The notes: generated by a model not told the origin, from the sequence alone. A stretch of 64,000 bases of DNA from an uncultured Eubacteriales bacterium (GCA_964642925.1 CAZXPJ010000007.1:10664-74663), one strand, 5' to 3'; shown: positions 19,351 to 31,309, counted from the first letter of the stretch. Program-made: numbers and translations.

Positions 19351-21705
19351 TCATTTATAGTTTGTCATATTGTATAATTTTGAGTTTTTTAAGTTATTTT
19401 TTTGGGGCCTTTTATTTAATTTAACTTCTAGAATATTGTTCCTCAGAGAATAATCTAGAAAACCAAGTTCTTCAAAAATCATTACTCCTAAGATAATTTT
19501 TTCATTAGTCATTTCTATATTATTATTATTTTTGATAAAGAAAGATATTTCAGATAAATTATAACATTCAATGGAAGAATATAACTTCTTAAGAATAATA
19601 TAAAGAGAGGATAATTCTTCTCTAGAAATATTATCTCTTTTTTTAGATTCTTCTAATACAAATATATTAATTACAGGATTTAATTGTTTTAATAAAAATA
19701 AAATATTTTCTTTTGGCTCTTCTTCAAAAAATATATAATTATCTGTGTTCGTTAATAATTCCTTTTTAATTAAAAAAGAATCTGTTATAAGAGTTCCTTC
19801 TTTTACTAAATTTAAATATTTTTGTAAGTTTTTAAAGTTTTCAGGGAAATCTCGATTATTATTATATAAAAACAAATTTTGACTGATTGTCTTTTTATGT
19901 TGATTTAGAAAAAATTTTTGATTATTAGAATATATTATGTTTCTTGAATTATTTAAAATATCCCAAACATCATTATACTTTATTCTTCCTTCAATTGTAA
20001 AATTTTTAGATAGCTTTTCCTCTGAAAAATACAAAGCTCCATAGATTGATTGTTCCATTTTCTGAGATTCTGTTTTCTCACCATCTAATATTTTTTTTAT
20101 TTCAAGTTGTAACGATACTTTATTTTGCCATTCATTAATACCTATAGAAAAAATAATGTTTTTTTTAGCTTCTTCACCAGGGTATTCTAGGTAGTTAAAA
20201 TATATACCATTAATTTTTTTCTTGTTTTCTGATATGTTAATTCTCAAATGGTCTTTTAATTTTCCAATTTTTTTTAGGACTAAATTAATGGGTTTTTTAA
20301 ACTTGAAAAGAGGCTCAGGATTTCCCATGCCAAAGGGTTCAAGTAAGGCTAAATCTTTATATAAATCTTCTGTAATCTCTTCAATTCCATTAAGATCAGC
20401 ATCTGAAACATATTCATTATAAAAATCTTCATGTTTTAATTGTTTATAAATATCTTCTTTTAATTTATTTCTTAATATATTAATATTTTTTTTAAAAATA
20501 CTTAAGCCTGCTGCTTGAGCATGCCCACCAAATTCTTCAATAATATCTTCTTGTTTCTTTAAAGCAATAAATATATCATAACTTTCTATACTGCGACCGG
20601 ATCCTTTATAAAAACCATTTTCACTTTCTGAAAGGAGTACTACAGGTCTTTTATATTCATTCAAAAGTTTGGAAGCAACAATTCCTAAAACTCCTTGAGG
20701 CCAGTCAATGTTATCCACTATAATAATCGGATCTGAAAAATAATGTTTTTCTAAAATGATTTTTTGAACTTCTTTATAAACTTTATTGACTAAATCTTTC
20801 CTTTGATTATTTAATTGAATTAACTCATCTGCTAGTATATCCGTTTCTAAAATATTATCTTCAATTAATAATTTAAGGGCAATTTCTGGATTTTCCATCC
20901 TTCCGCTGGAATTAATAATTGGGGCTAGTAAAAAAGATATAGTTTTAGAATTTATTTCTCCTATATTGTTTTTATTTACAAGACTCTGTATTCCAGTAAT
21001 TGGATCCATGTTAAGTTCAATTAAGCCTTTTCTAACTATTTTTCTATTTTCCATGCTCAAATTTACTAAATCAGCCACAGTTCCTAATGCTGCTAATTGA
21101 ATTAAATTAGAATTGATTTCTTGAATTTCTTTATATTTTTCCCCTAAAGCTGATGCTAGTAAATATGCTATTCCCACTCCTGCTAAATCAAAGAATTCTT
21201 TTTCCCCTGAAAGTTTTGGATTCACTATTATAGCATGGGGCAAATTGTCATCTGGAGTATGGTGATCTGTAATAATAAAATCCATACCTTTTTGAGTAAA
21301 TTCTTCTACTAAGTTAAAAGATTTTATACCACAGTCAACAGTTATAAGAAGATTAATCCCTTGATTAAAGATTGTTGATAAGGCTTCGCGATTAAGTCCA
21401 TATCCTTCTCCATCCCTCTGGGGAATATAATAAAATACCTGATCGTGAATTTTAGATAAAGCTTTGTATAATAAAGCAGTACTAGTAATACCATCAGCAT
21501 CATAATCACCATAAATTAAAATCTTCTCATTTTTATCAATTGAATAAATAATTTTTTCAGAAGCCTCTTTAACCCCCCTTAGAGAGAAGGGGTCAAGTAA
21601 ATCTGTTTTCTCAGGATAAAGAAAGTCTTCTAATTTTTCTGGATGTGCACATCTTTGTAAAGCAATATCAATTATTATTCTATTTATATTTTCCAAATTT
21701 ATCAC
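19351..21705 (-). CDS. recJ: ssDNA-specific exonuclease RecJ with C-terminal extension
   Basis: YGDYDADG, TVDCG, ITDHH, LGTVAD, GSGRS, GGHAQAAG. True start may be TTG at 21696. Confidence 0.95.
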   Translation of the reverse strand: MINLENINRIIIDIALQRCAHPEKLEDFLYPEKTDLLDPFSLRGVKEASEKIIYSIDKNEKILIYGDYDADGITSTALLYKALSKIHDQVFYYIPQRDGEGYGLNREALSTIFNQGINLLITVDCGIKSFNLVEEFTQKGMDFIITDHHTPDDNLPHAIIVNPKLSGEKEFFDLAGVGIAYLLASALGEKYKEIQEINSNLIQLAALGTVADLVNLSMENRKIVRKGLIELNMDPITGIQSLVNKNNIGEINSKTISFLLAPIINSSGRMENPEIALKLLIEDNILETDILADELIQLNNQRKDLVNKVYKEVQKIILEKHYFSDPIIIVDNIDWPQGVLGIVASKLLNEYKRPVVLLSESENGFYKGSGRSIESYDIFIALKKQEDIIEEFGGHAQAAGLSIFKKNINILRNKLKEDIYKQLKHEDFYNEYVSDADLNGIEEITEDLYKDLALLEPFGMGNPEPLFKFKKPINLVLKKIGKLKDHLRINISENKKKINGIYFNYLEYPGEEAKKNIIFSIGINEWQNKVSLQLEIKKILDGEKTESQKMEQSIYGALYFSEEKLSKNFTIEGRIKYNDVWDILNNSRNIIYSNNQKFFLNQHKKTISQNLFLYNNNRDFPENFKNLQKYLNLVKEGTLITDSFLIKKELLTNTDNYIFFEEEPKENILFLLKQLNPVINIFVLEESKKRDNISREELSSLYIILKKLYSSIECYNLSEISFFIKNNNNIEMTNEKIILGVMIFEELGFLDYSLRNNILEVKLNKRPQKNNLKNSKLYNMTNYK

Positions 21706-21729
21706 CTATGTTAATTATAAATTTTGCTT

Positions 21730-21766
21730 AAAATAAAAGATACCTCTTTTATAAGAGGTATCTTTT
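21730..21766 (-). terminator. Intrinsic terminator after secF
   Basis: AAAAGATACCTCTT/AAGAGGTATCTTTT inverted repeat at 21735-21766. Confidence 0.8.
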
Positions 21767-22621
21767 TTATGCTTTTTTTCCTTTTAAGTTTCTAAATACT
21801 AACCAGAAGTTGGAGGCCAAGAAAATTGACGAGTATAGACCACTTATTACCCCTGTAAACAATACTATATTGAAGTTTTTAATAGTTTCTCCACCAAAGA
21901 CAAGAAGAGCTACCACTACAAAAAGAACTGTGATTGTAGTATTTAAGGACCTTGCTAAAGTTTGCTTTATACTTATATTGACTATGTTTTCAATTGATTC
22001 TTTTTTTAGTGAAGTTAAATTTTCTCTTATTCTATCAAAGATTACAATAGTAGCGTTAATAGAATAACCCACTACCGTAAGAACGGCAGCAATAAACTCC
22101 GAATTTACTTCAAATTGAAGTATGGAAAAAAGACCTACCATAATTAGAACATCATGACATAAAGCTAAAATTGCTGCTATTGCAAAAGAAAATTCAAAAC
22201 GTATGGTTATGTAAACAACCATTAAAGCTAAAGCTATAAACAAAGATATTAATCCATTCCTTCTAAGCTCTGCTCCAATACTTGGCCCAACGCCTTCATT
22301 CCTCATAATTTCATAATTTCCTACGTTTTCAGTAATTGAAACAAGTAATAAGTTTTCTTGTTCATCATCAATTACTTTTGTTTTTATGATAAAAGAATTG
22401 TTTTCTGATTTTTGAACCATAGCATCACTTATGCCAGATTCGTTTACTGCATCTCTAACTATATCAACATCAGTCTCTTCTTGAAACTGAACCTGAATAA
22501 GATTACCACCAACGAAATCAATACCGAAATTCAAACCATTTATCATTATTGATACTATGCCTGGGATAATAATAACCAGTGAAATAATAAACCAAAGCAT
22601 TTTTTTTCCTGAGAAATCCAT
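21767..22621 (-). CDS. secF: Protein translocase subunit SecF
   Basis: GLNFGIDFVGG, VGPSIGAEL, GYSINATIVIFDRIRE. Confidence 0.96.
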   Translation of the reverse strand: MDFSGKKMLWFIISLVIIIPGIVSIMINGLNFGIDFVGGNLIQVQFQEETDVDIVRDAVNESGISDAMVQKSENNSFIIKTKVIDDEQENLLLVSITENVGNYEIMRNEGVGPSIGAELRRNGLISLFIALALMVVYITIRFEFSFAIAAILALCHDVLIMVGLFSILQFEVNSEFIAAVLTVVGYSINATIVIFDRIRENLTSLKKESIENIVNISIKQTLARSLNTTITVLFVVVALLVFGGETIKNFNIVLFTGVISGLYSSIFLASNFWLVFRNLKGKKA

Positions 22622-22633
22622 TATTTTATCCTC

Positions 22634-23863
22634 CTAGGCTCCATAATATTTTGTGTTACTCACAACAAGAGACGTTTGTTTCAAAAAATATCTTGTAAAG
22701 GATAGAGCCGTTATCATACTAGTAATAACTCCAATACTTAAAGTAACAGCAAATCCTTTTACAGTTCCTGTTCCAAAATAAATCAGAACAAAAGAAGCTA
22801 TTAAAGTTGTTAAATTTGAGTCGAAAATAGTCCATATAGCTCTTTTAAAACCTGAATCTATAGAAGCTCTTAAGCTTTTCCCATTAGCAAGTTCTTCTTT
22901 TATTCTCTCATATATAATTATATTAGCATCTACTGCCATCCCTACCGAGAGGAGAAATCCTGCTATTCCAGGTAAAGTTATAGTCGCATTTATTGAGTAT
23001 AATATCATCCAAACAATAACTGAATATAAAATTAATGATACTACTGCCACTATCCCAGGTAGTCTGTAGTAAGCAATCATAAATAAAGCTATTGCAATTA
23101 AACCATATATAGCAGCTTTAGCACTTTGTTCTAATGATTCTATACCAAATTTAGGACCTACTGTTCTTTTTTCTATTATTTTCATTTCTATTGGAAGAGC
23201 ACCGGAACGAAGGAGTAAAGCTAATGATTTAGCTTCTTCTAATGTTTGGAAACCTCCCGATATTGAAGCTTTTCCATCAGTAATTGATGTTTGTACCATT
23301 GGTGAAGAAATCATATTACCATCTAGAACAATAGCAATCATTCTATTCTGATCAGTCTCTGAATACTTCGATACAAGCTCACTTGTAGCATCGGCAAACT
23401 TTTTGGCGCCTTCACTATTAAATTCAAGACTAACATTATACATTTTTCCTGCTACCCCAGAGGGATCTTTACCTTCCTGAGCATTTTTTAAGTCTCTTCC
23501 TGTTACAACAACTTCCCCATTGTCTACTCTAACAAATTCAAGTAAAGCTGTTTTACCGATAAGATCAACTGCTTCTTCAGGGTCTTCCACTCCAGGAAGC
23601 TCAATCAGAATTCTGTTATCTCCTTCTCTTCTGATTTCTGGTTCTGTAACACCTAAAGCGTTAACTCGGTTATCAATAATAGCAACTGCTTTGATCATAT
23701 CATCTAAGGTAGCACCTTCAGCTGCTTCTAATCTTACTTGGACACCACCCTTTAGATCAAGACCGAGTCTGAGATCATTTTTTAGAAAATTAAATGAAAA
23801 AAATGCTAAACCTACAACTGCAATGGTTATTATTGATACTATTACTAAACTTCTTTTCTGCAT
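22634..23863 (-). CDS. secD: Protein translocase subunit SecD
   Basis: LGLDLKGG, RVNALGVTEP, LRSGALP, GMAVDANIIIYERI. Confidence 0.96.
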   Translation of the reverse strand: MQKRSLVIVSIITIAVVGLAFFSFNFLKNDLRLGLDLKGGVQVRLEAAEGATLDDMIKAVAIIDNRVNALGVTEPEIRREGDNRILIELPGVEDPEEAVDLIGKTALLEFVRVDNGEVVVTGRDLKNAQEGKDPSGVAGKMYNVSLEFNSEGAKKFADATSELVSKYSETDQNRMIAIVLDGNMISSPMVQTSITDGKASISGGFQTLEEAKSLALLLRSGALPIEMKIIEKRTVGPKFGIESLEQSAKAAIYGLIAIALFMIAYYRLPGIVAVVSLILYSVIVWMILYSINATITLPGIAGFLLSVGMAVDANIIIYERIKEELANGKSLRASIDSGFKRAIWTIFDSNLTTLIASFVLIYFGTGTVKGFAVTLSIGVITSMITALSFTRYFLKQTSLVVSNTKYYGA

Positions 23864-23900
23864 CTTTTATTTCCTCCTAATGCTGTAATAACACCATGTT

Positions 23901-23929
23901 ATTATATACCTGTTCAAAAGATTATACAA
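23901..23929 (-). promoter_or_regulatory. Sigma-A promoter for secDF
   Basis: TTGTAT (23929-23924), 17 nt, TATAAT (23906-23901). Confidence 0.7.
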
Positions 23930-23931
23930 AT

Positions 23932-23959
23932 AAAAAAGTCTCTTTTTAAAGAGACTTTT
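23932..23959 (-). terminator. Intrinsic terminator at the end of yajC
   Basis: AAAAGTCTCTTT/AAAGAGACTTTT inverted repeat containing the yajC stop; T run follows on the minus strand. Confidence 0.75.
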
Positions 23960-24275
23960 CTTCATCTTCTTCGTCTTCAAAAACTTCATTTAGTTCCTCA
24001 TCATAATCTTCTTCATCTTCGTCATCTGTAATTACTTGTCCTACAGCAGTCTTTAACAAATCTACCTGAACATTATCAGCAATTTCCAATATAACTGAAT
24101 CTTCTAATACCATGACTATTCTACCTTTAATTCCTCCGATAGTTGAAATTATATCATCAGGTCTTAAGCTTTCTATCATTTTTTTTCTAGTTTCCATTTG
24201 TTTTTTCTGAGGTCTTATCAACAGAAAATACATAAATCCAAACATAGCTGCTAGTAAAATAAAATTTTGACTCAT
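23946..24275 (-). CDS. yajC: Preprotein translocase subunit YajC
   Basis: MYFLLIRPQKK, TIGGIKG; acidic C-terminal tail. Confidence 0.95.
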   Translation of the reverse strand: MSQNFILLAAMFGFMYFLLIRPQKKQMETRKKMIESLRPDDIISTIGGIKGRIVMVLEDSVILEIADNVQVDLLKTAVGQVITDDEDEEDYDEELNEVFEDEEDEEKSL

Positions 24276-24302
24276 TAATCAAACCTCCTTTAATATATTA
24301 TT

Positions 24303-25415
<1,113 letters not shown>

Positions 25416-25433
25416 CTATTTTTATTATTTTTA

Positions 25434-26459
25434 TTATTTAATAAACATAGCATCTCCAAAACTAAAAAACCTATAATCTTTTAGGATTGCTTCAGAGTAT
25501 GCATTTAAGATTGAATCTTTACTAGCTAATGCAGAGACCAGCATTAACAAAGTTGATTTTGGTAAATGGAAATTTGTTATTAAAGCATCTGTTGCTTTAA
25601 AAGAATAGCCTGGGTAAATAAAAATATCTGTCCAACCCTCTTTTTTAACTATTTCTTTATTTTCCACTGCTGATTCTAAGGTCCTAGTGCTAGTAGTTCC
25701 CACAGCTATAATTCTCTTTCCACTTTTTAATGCTTTATTAATTTTATCAACATTTTCATCAGTAATTGAAAAAAATTCTGAATGCATTTTATGTTCTGTT
25801 ATAATCTCTGTATTTACAGGTCGGAATGTGCCTAGTCCAACATGTAGAGTTACTTCTGCTATTCCAACATTTTTTTCACTTATTTTTTTTAATAATTCAT
25901 CTGTAAAGTGGAGCCCTGCTGTTGGCGCTGCCACTGATCCGGATTCTTTTGCATATACTGTTTGATACCTATCTGGATCTTTTATTTTCTTTTTAATATA
26001 AGGTGGTAACGGAACTTCCCCAATTTTGTTAATGGTTTCCATAAATGAGCCTTCATAGGTAAATTTTATAATCCGACTTCCACTATCTTTTCTAGATATA
26101 ATCTCACCCTTAAGAAGACCTTCTTCAAAAACAACTAATGTACCAATTTTTACTTTCTTACCTGGTTTTACTAAACATTCCCAAACTCCTTCATCTTTTG
26201 TAGGCTGAAGAAGAAATACTTCTACTTTAGCACCTGTATCCTCTTTATTACCTAATAATCTGGCTGGTAAAACTTTTGTACTATTAATCACTAAAAAATC
26301 TTTTTCATTTATATAATCTAATATATCATAAAAATTTTTATGTTCTATTTCTCCTGTTTTTCTATCAAGAATTAACAATCTTGATCCATCCCTTTTGCTA
26401 AGGGGATCTTGAGCAATTAGCTCTTCAGGAAGAAAGTAATCAAAATCCCTTGTTTTCAT
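25434..26459 (-). CDS. queA: S-adenosylmethionine:tRNA ribosyltransferase-isomerase
   Basis: [51 protein letters not shown]. Confidence 0.99.
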   Translation of the reverse strand: MKTRDFDYFLPEELIAQDPLSKRDGSRLLILDRKTGEIEHKNFYDILDYINEKDFLVINSTKVLPARLLGNKEDTGAKVEVFLLQPTKDEGVWECLVKPGKKVKIGTLVVFEEGLLKGEIISRKDSGSRIIKFTYEGSFMETINKIGEVPLPPYIKKKIKDPDRYQTVYAKESGSVAAPTAGLHFTDELLKKISEKNVGIAEVTLHVGLGTFRPVNTEIITEHKMHSEFFSITDENVDKINKALKSGKRIIAVGTTSTRTLESAVENKEIVKKEGWTDIFIYPGYSFKATDALITNFHLPKSTLLMLVSALASKDSILNAYSEAILKDYRFFSFGDAMFIK

Positions 26460-26482
26460 AGCATCTCCTGTTTATTTAATAA

Positions 26483-27490
26483 TTAAAAACGATCTAAATT
26501 TTCATCATAAGGTACCTTTAAATGTTCATAAGCTAGTTTTGTGCAAACTCTTCCTCTGGGAGTTCTTTTTATAAATCCTAATTGTAATAAAAAAGGCTCA
26601 TAAACATCACCAATTGTATCTGCATCTTCACTTATTGTAGCACTAAGGGTATCAAGGCCTACTGGTCCTCCATTAAACTTGTATATTATAGCTTCTAACA
26701 TTTTTTTATCAAGTTGATCTAAACCTACACTATCAATTTCTAATAATTCTAAACCTTCCTGTGTTATTGGAAGATCAATAATACCATCTGATTTCACCAT
26801 AGCAAAGTCTCTTATTCTTCTAAGAATTCGATTAGCTATTCTTGGAGTTCCCCTGGACCTTCGAGCAATTTCTTTTGCTCCCATATTATTAATTGTAGTA
26901 TTTAAAACTCTAGAACTTCTTTTTACGATTTCAGTTAGTTCTTCTTCTGTATAATATTCCAATCTTGAAACCACACCAAATCTTGCTCTTAATGGTGAAG
27001 TTAATAAACCAGCCCTAGTAGTTGCCCCTATTAAGGTAAAAGGAGGCAAGTCAATTCTTAGTGACCGAGCACTTGGACCTTTGCCTATTATTATATCTAA
27101 AGAGAAATCTTCCATTGCGGAATATAAAATTTCTTCTATAGTACTATTTAAACGATGGACTTCATCAATAAAAAGAACATCGTAAGGTTCTAAATTGGTT
27201 AATATTGCAGCTAAGTCTCCTGCTCTTTCTAAAGCTGGACCTGAGGTTATTTTTATACTAGAATTTATTTCATTAGCTATTATATTAGCTAAAGTAGTTT
27301 TTCCCAAACCTGGAGGACCGTATAGAAGAACATGATCAAGAGCATCTCCTCTTAGTTTTGCTGCTTCAATATATATTTTCATTAATCCTTTAATTTTTTC
27401 TTGACCTATATAATCTTCTAGAAATTTAGGACGGATTTCTATATTTTCTTCATCCATCTGTGATCCAGGAGAAACAATTCTTTCTTCCAT
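26483..27490 (-). CDS. ruvB: Holliday junction branch migration helicase RuvB
   Basis: [39 protein letters not shown]. Confidence 0.99.
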   Translation of the reverse strand: MEERIVSPGSQMDEENIEIRPKFLEDYIGQEKIKGLMKIYIEAAKLRGDALDHVLLYGPPGLGKTTLANIIANEINSSIKITSGPALERAGDLAAILTNLEPYDVLFIDEVHRLNSTIEEILYSAMEDFSLDIIIGKGPSARSLRIDLPPFTLIGATTRAGLLTSPLRARFGVVSRLEYYTEEELTEIVKRSSRVLNTTINNMGAKEIARRSRGTPRIANRILRRIRDFAMVKSDGIIDLPITQEGLELLEIDSVGLDQLDKKMLEAIIYKFNGGPVGLDTLSATISEDADTIGDVYEPFLLQLGFIKRTPRGRVCTKLAYEHLKVPYDENLDRF

Positions 27491-27499
27491 TAATTCCCC

Positions 27500-28105
27500 C
27501 TACCTTCCGGATAGAATTTTTAAAGCTTTCTTGATTATCTCTTGTTCTGATAATTCTTCATTATTCTCCATTTCAGGAAGTAATTTTAAAATTTCTCTAT
27601 TTGAGTATCCTAAAGCTTCCAAGGTATCAAATACATCTGTTAATTTTCCGTTTTTAACTTGAAGATAACCATCTTGTGAAGTTTCTTCTTGACCCAAAGT
27701 ACCTCTTTTAATTAGCTTTTCTTTTATATCTAAAATTATTCTTTGAGCAGTTTTTTTGCCTACACCGGGAAGTTTTATAAGCATATTAAGATCTTCATTA
27801 ATTACAGCTTTGCTTAATGAATTTATGTCCATAAAAGATATAATAGCCATGCTGCTTTTAGGCCCTATTCCAGATACTTCGTTTAAAAGATTAAACATCT
27901 CTTTTTCTTCCCTAGTCAAAAATCCATAAAGGGTCATTTCATTTTCTCGTACAACTAATTCCGTATAAAATTCATTTTCTGAATCTATCTTTATAAAATT
28001 AATTTCTTTTTCAGGAATAAACAAAGTATATCCTACATTATTTATTAGGATAATTACTGTTTTTTCATCTTTATCAATAATTTTACCTTTTAAGTAACCA
28101 ATCAT
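27500..28105 (-). CDS. ruvA: Holliday junction branch migration protein RuvA
   Basis: MIGYLKG, VSGIGPK, PGVGKKTAQRI, LEALGY. Confidence 0.97.
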   Translation of the reverse strand: MIGYLKGKIIDKDEKTVIILINNVGYTLFIPEKEINFIKIDSENEFYTELVVRENEMTLYGFLTREEKEMFNLLNEVSGIGPKSSMAIISFMDINSLSKAVINEDLNMLIKLPGVGKKTAQRIILDIKEKLIKRGTLGQEETSQDGYLQVKNGKLTDVFDTLEALGYSNREILKLLPEMENNEELSEQEIIKKALKILSGR

Positions 28106-28599
28106 TATATACCTCGAATTAATTTATTTGTGGAATAGGATTGACTATGACATATAGCTATAGCTAAAGCATCAGCCGCATCATCAGGCTTAGGAATTTT
28201 TTCAAGACATAATATTGTCTTTACCATTTGCTGTACTTGTCTTTTTTCAGCTCTTCCATAACCAGCTACTGCTTGTTTTACTTGAAGAGGAGTGTATCCT
28301 TCAACAATAAGATCATTTTGCTCTCCTGCAAGTAAAATAATACCCCGTGAATGACCTACACTAAGAGCAGTTTTTGCATTTTTATTAAAAAATAGTTCTT
28401 CTACAGCTAAATGGCCAGGCTTATATTTATGAATAAGATCTGAAATTTCTCTATAGATCTTATCTAATCTTTTAGATAGAGGTAATTTACTATCAGTATA
28501 AATGCATCCATAAGCCACAGCTTTAAGATGATTACCTTCTTTATCTAAAATACTATAACCTGTAATTGCTGTACCTGGATCTATCCCCATAATTCTCAT
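28105..28599 (-). CDS. ruvC: Crossover junction endodeoxyribonuclease RuvC
   Basis: [27 protein letters not shown] catalytic residues. Confidence 0.98.
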   Translation of the reverse strand: MRIMGIDPGTAITGYSILDKEGNHLKAVAYGCIYTDSKLPLSKRLDKIYREISDLIHKYKPGHLAVEELFFNKNAKTALSVGHSRGIILLAGEQNDLIVEGYTPLQVKQAVAGYGRAEKRQVQQMVKTILCLEKIPKPDDAADALAIAICHSQSYSTNKLIRGI

Positions 28600-28616
28600 A
28601 ATTTAAATTCCTTTGT

Positions 28617-28630
28617 CGAACATTCTTTCT
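28617..28630. promoter_or_regulatory. Putative LexA (SOS) box upstream of ruvC
   Basis: CGAACATTCTTTCT vs Bacillota consensus CGAAC-N4-GTTCG (one perfect half-site, two mismatches); just downstream of the -10. Confidence 0.55.
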
Positions 28631-28633
28631 TAT

Positions 28634-28662
28634 ATTATCTACTATATATTAAATTTTGGCAA
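28634..28662 (-). promoter_or_regulatory. Sigma-A promoter for ruvCAB-queA-tgt-yajC
   Basis: TTGCCA (28662-28657), 17 nt, GATAAT (28639-28634). Confidence 0.65.
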
Positions 28663-28670
28663 AGGTTTTA

Positions 28671-29426
28671 TTATTCGAGAGCCTCTAGAATTTCTTCAGG
28701 TATTTCAACATTTACATAAAGATTTTGAACATCATCATGATCTTCAAGTATCTCAAGGAGTTTAATAATTTTCTTTGCTTGTTCTAAATCATCAACAACA
28801 ATATTATTTTTTGGTACCATGGATAAAGATGCTTCTTTAATTTCTATGCCATCTTTAATTATTTCCATACGAAGACTTTCTAAATTTTCTACTTCTACAT
28901 AGATCTCATATATATCATCTTTAACTTTAATATCATCGATTTCTTTTTCCATTAAATAGAGAATAAATTCTTCTTCGTTCATAGTTACTTTATCTTTTTC
29001 TATTTCAATATATCCTAATCTATCAAACATCCAATTCACACAACCTGTTTCCCCTAAATTACCTTCATTTTTGTCAAGAATATGGCGAATCTCTCCAGCG
29101 GTTCTGTTACGATTGTTAGTCATTAGCTCCATAATTAATGCAACACCTGAAGGGCCATAACCTTCATAAACTATTTCTTCATAATTTTCTCCTTCGGTTC
29201 CACCGGATCCTTTTTGAATTGCTCTTTTTATATTATCTATTGGCATATTGTTTTCTTTAGCTTTTTCGATAGCTATTCTTAATCTAAAGTTTCCATCTGG
29301 GTTATCTCCCCCCATCTTTGAAGCAACCATAATTTCTTTTGATAGTTTTGTGAAAACTTTACCTCGTGCACCATCTAATTTAGCTTTTTTATGCTTAGTT
29401 GTTGCCCATTTTGAATGTCCAGCCAT
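28671..29426 (-). CDS. yebC: YebC/PmpR family protein
   Basis: MAGHSKW, YEGYGPSG, TNNRNRT, LEDHDDVQNLY. Confidence 0.97.
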   Translation of the reverse strand: MAGHSKWATTKHKKAKLDGARGKVFTKLSKEIMVASKMGGDNPDGNFRLRIAIEKAKENNMPIDNIKRAIQKGSGGTEGENYEEIVYEGYGPSGVALIMELMTNNRNRTAGEIRHILDKNEGNLGETGCVNWMFDRLGYIEIEKDKVTMNEEEFILYLMEKEIDDIKVKDDIYEIYVEVENLESLRMEIIKDGIEIKEASLSMVPKNNIVVDDLEQAKKIIKLLEILEDHDDVQNLYVNVEIPEEILEALE

Positions 29427-29460
29427 AAGAATCCCACCCTTATAATTTTATATTTTTACA

Positions 29461-29485
29461 AAAAAAAAGGCTTCTCAGCCTTTTT
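29461..29485. terminator. Bidirectional-type intrinsic terminator after the lipoprotein gene
   Basis: A8-GGCT-TCTC-AGCC-T5. Confidence 0.7.
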
Positions 29486-29489
29486 CTCT

Positions 29490-29870
29490 TTATTCTGCCA
29501 TTGAATATATATTACCTTTAAGTTCTTCCAACGCAACGTCAAATTCTTTACGAAAATCATTTAATAAATAATTTTCTCCAGTTTCAAGATAAGTAATTAG
29601 CTTTACATAGTTAGTAGATAATTTTTCAATTGATTCTGAAATTTCTTTATAATCTTTAGCTTGGATACTTAATTTAGTTACTTCACTCCAAACTTTTCTT
29701 GCTTTTTTAATATCTTTATTTGCTATTGCTGTATCTGTTTCTTTAACAAAAGTTTCTATAATTGAATCCAGTTTATCTTTATCAATAGTATTTTTACTTG
29801 TACATCCCATTAAAAGAGATACTAATAAAACAATAATAATAATAAAAACATACTTTGCTTTAGGGTTCAT
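29490..29870 (-). CDS. Hypothetical lipoprotein
   Basis: Basic N-terminus, hydrophobic core and LMGC lipobox; mature part looks helical; RBS present; no family recognised. Confidence 0.75.
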   Translation of the reverse strand: MNPKAKYVFIIIIVLLVSLLMGCTSKNTIDKDKLDSIIETFVKETDTAIANKDIKKARKVWSEVTKLSIQAKDYKEISESIEKLSTNYVKLITYLETGENYLLNDFRKEFDVALEELKGNIYSMAE

Positions 29871-29904
29871 AATTCACACCTTTTATACTAACCATGTGAT
29901 TCAC

Positions 29905-29933
29905 ATTTTATAATTATTTCACTTTTTTGTCAA
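29905..29933 (-). promoter_or_regulatory. Near-consensus sigma-A promoter for the lipoprotein gene
   Basis: TTGACA (29933-29928), 17 nt, TAAAAT (29910-29905). Confidence 0.8.
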
Positions 29934-29953
29934 ATTTACCAATAAAATCCTAT

Positions 29954-31309
29954 TTAAATTTCCTCCTTGGCCTTTATATTTTTCATATAATCTTTAGTCT
30001 CTTTTACAACTACGCCACTAAGAGCCACTAGACCAATTAAATTCGGAATAGCCATTAACCCATTCATTGTATCTGCAAGATCCCAAATAAATTTTAAACC
30101 ACTCATTGATCCTACCATAATAAACAATATAAAAGTTACTCTATAAAAAATTATTCCTTTTTCCCCTACAAGATATTCAAGACACTTTTCCCCATAATAA
30201 GACCAACCAAGGATAGTAGAATAAGCAAAGAAAATTATACCTACAGCAACTATTAAACCACCAATACCAGGAAGTGTATTGTTAAAAGCTGTAGTTGTTA
30301 AAGCAGCTCCTGTAAAAGCTTCTCCTGTATCTGGATTTATAGTTCCCACAAGTCCTGATGTTAAAATTGCTAATGCTGTAAAAGAACAAACAACGATAGT
30401 ATCTATAAATGTTTGTGTCATACTTACAAGACCTTGTCTTACAGGATGATCCGTCTGAGCTGCTGCTGCGGCTATAGGAGCTGATCCTAGTCCTGCTTCA
30501 TTAGAAAATACTCCTCGAGCTACACCATATCTAATAACTGTTCCAATAGCACCACCAGCAATGGCTTTCCCTGTAAAGGCATCTGTAAAAATTGAATAAA
30601 AAGCTTCAGGAACTAACGCTCCGTTTTTAATTATAACAATACTACCACCTATTACATAAAAAAGTGCCATTATTGGAACTAAAAGAGCTGTTACTTTTCC
30701 AATACTTTTAATTCCGCCTAATAAAACAATTGAAGTAAATATAACTAACAGAACTCCTGTTGCCCAATGGGGAAAACCAAAGGTTGTGTATATAGCATCG
30801 GCAACTGAGTTGGCCTGTACCATGTTTCCAATACCAAAGGCTGCTACAGCACCAAAGAAAGCAAAAATAACAGCCAGCCATTTCATCCCAAGACCTTTTT
30901 CTATGTAATACATTGGGCCACCAGACATTTCACCTTTTTTATCTTTAGAGCGATATTTAACTGCTAAAACAGCCTCAGCATACTTAGTTGCCATACCTAC
31001 TAATCCTGTAACCCACATCCAAAAGACTGCTCCAGGTCCACCTGCTGCTATTGCTGTAGCTACACCAGCTATATTACCCGTACCAATAGTAGCAGCAAGA
31101 GCAGTAGTTAAAGCTTGATAATTTGTTATATCTCCCTCAGAACCTTCATTTTTCTTAAATATCATCTTATGTGCATAAATTAAATTTGAAAATTGAAGCC
31201 CTTTAAGTCTTATAGTTAACATAAGTCCTGTTCCTACAAGCAAAATTAACATTGGTGGTCCCCAAACAATATTGTTTATTGCACTGTTTAGTGTTGTTAT
31301 TAATTCCAA
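29954..31309 (-). CDS. Alanine/glycine:cation symporter (AGCS family)
   Basis: [51 protein letters not shown]; TTG start with GGAGG RBS. Confidence 0.95.
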   Translation of the reverse strand: MELITTLNSAINNIVWGPPMLILLVGTGLMLTIRLKGLQFSNLIYAHKMIFKKNEGSEGDITNYQALTTALAATIGTGNIAGVATAIAAGGPGAVFWMWVTGLVGMATKYAEAVLAVKYRSKDKKGEMSGGPMYYIEKGLGMKWLAVIFAFFGAVAAFGIGNMVQANSVADAIYTTFGFPHWATGVLLVIFTSIVLLGGIKSIGKVTALLVPIMALFYVIGGSIVIIKNGALVPEAFYSIFTDAFTGKAIAGGAIGTVIRYGVARGVFSNEAGLGSAPIAAAAAQTDHPVRQGLVSMTQTFIDTIVVCSFTALAILTSGLVGTINPDTGEAFTGAALTTTAFNNTLPGIGGLIVAVGIIFFAYSTILGWSYYGEKCLEYLVGEKGIIFYRVTFILFIMVGSMSGLKFIWDLADTMNGLMAIPNLIGLVALSGVVVKETKDYMKNIKAKEEI

